64,000 bases of DNA, taken from Squalus acanthias. Its lineage: Eukaryota. A program made the translations under genes and the position numbers. Numbering within the stretch: position 1 is the first letter of the stretch; each line of letters starts with the position of its first letter. Below the pieces are notes generated by a model. That model saw only the letters and a program-made list of their open reading frames with translations, was not told the origin of the DNA and did no database searches. The DNA lies in contig CM059425.1 of the NCBI GenBank assembly GCA_030390025.1, positions 175,648,001-175,712,000 of the forward strand, written 5' to 3'. This document shows positions 62,510 through 64,000 of the stretch, piece by piece.

Positions 62510-62697
62510 TGGCCTAGAAATTCGTCTCAGGCGGGTGGCGCTAACCGGGCGGTATTGGATCAGCCACCCGTTATACGCAACGCCTGACATTCAGTCTATT
62601 GCAGTCAATGGAACGGAATATCAGGCGCTGTGTATAACGGGCGGCCGATCCGATACCGCCTGGTTAGCGCCACTGCCCGTGACGAATTTCTCGGTCC
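62510..62697. mobile_element. ~190-bp fully palindromic Harbinger-type MITE
   Basis: AGAAATTCGTC / GACGAATTTCT termini; complementarity continues to the centre. Confidence 0.8.
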
Positions 62698-63489
62698 TCA
62701 TTTCTTCCTCTGCTATCTTTTTTAAAGATTACATATTGTGCGTGCTGTGATGACAAACTGCCACGAGAAAAAAAAAGCTTCAAATATTGTGATGCTTTAG
62801 TGTAAGAATAATGCAGGTATAAAGAGAGATTGACTATTAACTCACTTAAAATTGCAGTGGCACACAGCTACTGGGCAATTAAGCAGATATATTACCAGCG
62901 GAGATTTCAATAGACCAAACTATTGCCAGTGCTCTTAACTAACGGGTTTACCAGTTATTCAATCTGCAGCACACAACAGCCACAATGACACTGCAGGCTG
63001 CATTGAGCTCAGCAACAAAACAGCTCTGCACTTGTCTGCTTGGAAGAACGCACAGAGGTCCGCTCTGCTCCCAAGCTGCTATTTTTTATTGTAATGAGAG
63101 AACAGCTTGTGTCTGTTCTTTCAGGGTATCCTGGTGTTGCTATGTACACCATCATTTCAACAAAATCAGGCAAGATAGGCAAAATCTGTGCTGATAGGGC
63201 TGGGGAGAGAAAAGAAATGAAAGCAAAGATGAGGTGAAAACGACAACACTATTGTGTTCTATATTTCAACCAATTTCTTATTTATTCTACATTTTGCTCG
63301 AATCACCACAGCTTTGAGCTTAATTAGCAATCTTTCATGAGGAACATGATCAAATGTCTGTGAAGGTTTATGTACGCAATGCTATTGGGTTGTCAATTCC
63401 TCAAAGTAATCAAGGAGGTTGGTCAGATAGGATCTTCCCGTTCAAAAGTTGTGTTGATGGCTGCTTAATAGATGATGTTATACAGATAT

Positions 63490-64000
63490 TCCTGAAATTC
63501 ACTCCTGATAATCGATTCAATTATTTTACATGGGATTGAAGTTAAACCCTTTTTGAATATGGATACAACATTAACCTGTTTCCAATCTACTGGTACCTCC
63601 CCAGTATCCACTGACTCCCTCATAATGTTTGTCAATGTCCCACAAATCTCTTTGCTAGTCTCTCTCAACACTCTGGCATAACTACCATCTAACCCTATCG
63701 ATTTATTTGTTGTAAGCTCTTTCAGCTTCCCGAGGACTTCCATCTCAAAGTCCTGAATTATGTTTTGGTACTATTTTTTGGGTGAGGGCATGTTGTTCAT
63801 GTCTTCCCTTGTGAATACTTTAAGGAACTAACCATTCCGAATGTTAACTATTTTGTGCTCATTCTCAGTTTTAAGCCCATTTTTAGCTTTTAATGTTTTC
63901 ACCTCTTTGACAGTCCTCTCACTATTATATTTGCCTCTGCAGCTATGCTTTTATGTAGGTCTCTCTTTTTCTGATCAACCTTTTGACATGTTTCAGTATG
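63490..64000 (-). mobile_element. Old CR1 RT fragment
   Basis: 'EVLGKLKEL…GEVPVDWKQVNVVSIFKKG'. Confidence 0.75.

Overview
Repeat-saturated, non-genic vertebrate DNA, most consistent with a cartilaginous fish (shark-type HE1/V-SINE, Deu-domain SINEs, CR1, L2 and Penelope-like elements). No intact host gene is recognisable. The window holds: (i) four diverged two-gene PIF/Harbinger transposons (DDE transposase convergent with a spliced Myb/SANT gene), two of them complete with TIRs and 3-bp TSDs, plus several Harbinger-type MITEs; (ii) many CR1 LINE copies, a second CR1/Jockey-group LINE family with a tRNA-like head, and L2/SINE fragments, often nested; (iii) two young Penelope-like (RT + GIY-YIG) insertions with TSDs and minimal hammerhead ribozyme motifs, plus two tiny fold-back Penelope-end insertions; (iv) two hAT-type elements with 8-bp TSDs. 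The most striking feature is a 1.4-kb non-autonomous hAT element (46978-48389) that carries a degenerate copy of exon 1 of the host gene TPP2 with its splice donor, i.e. DNA-level gene capture by a TIR transposon. Family assignments come from motif recognition by eye; no database search was run.
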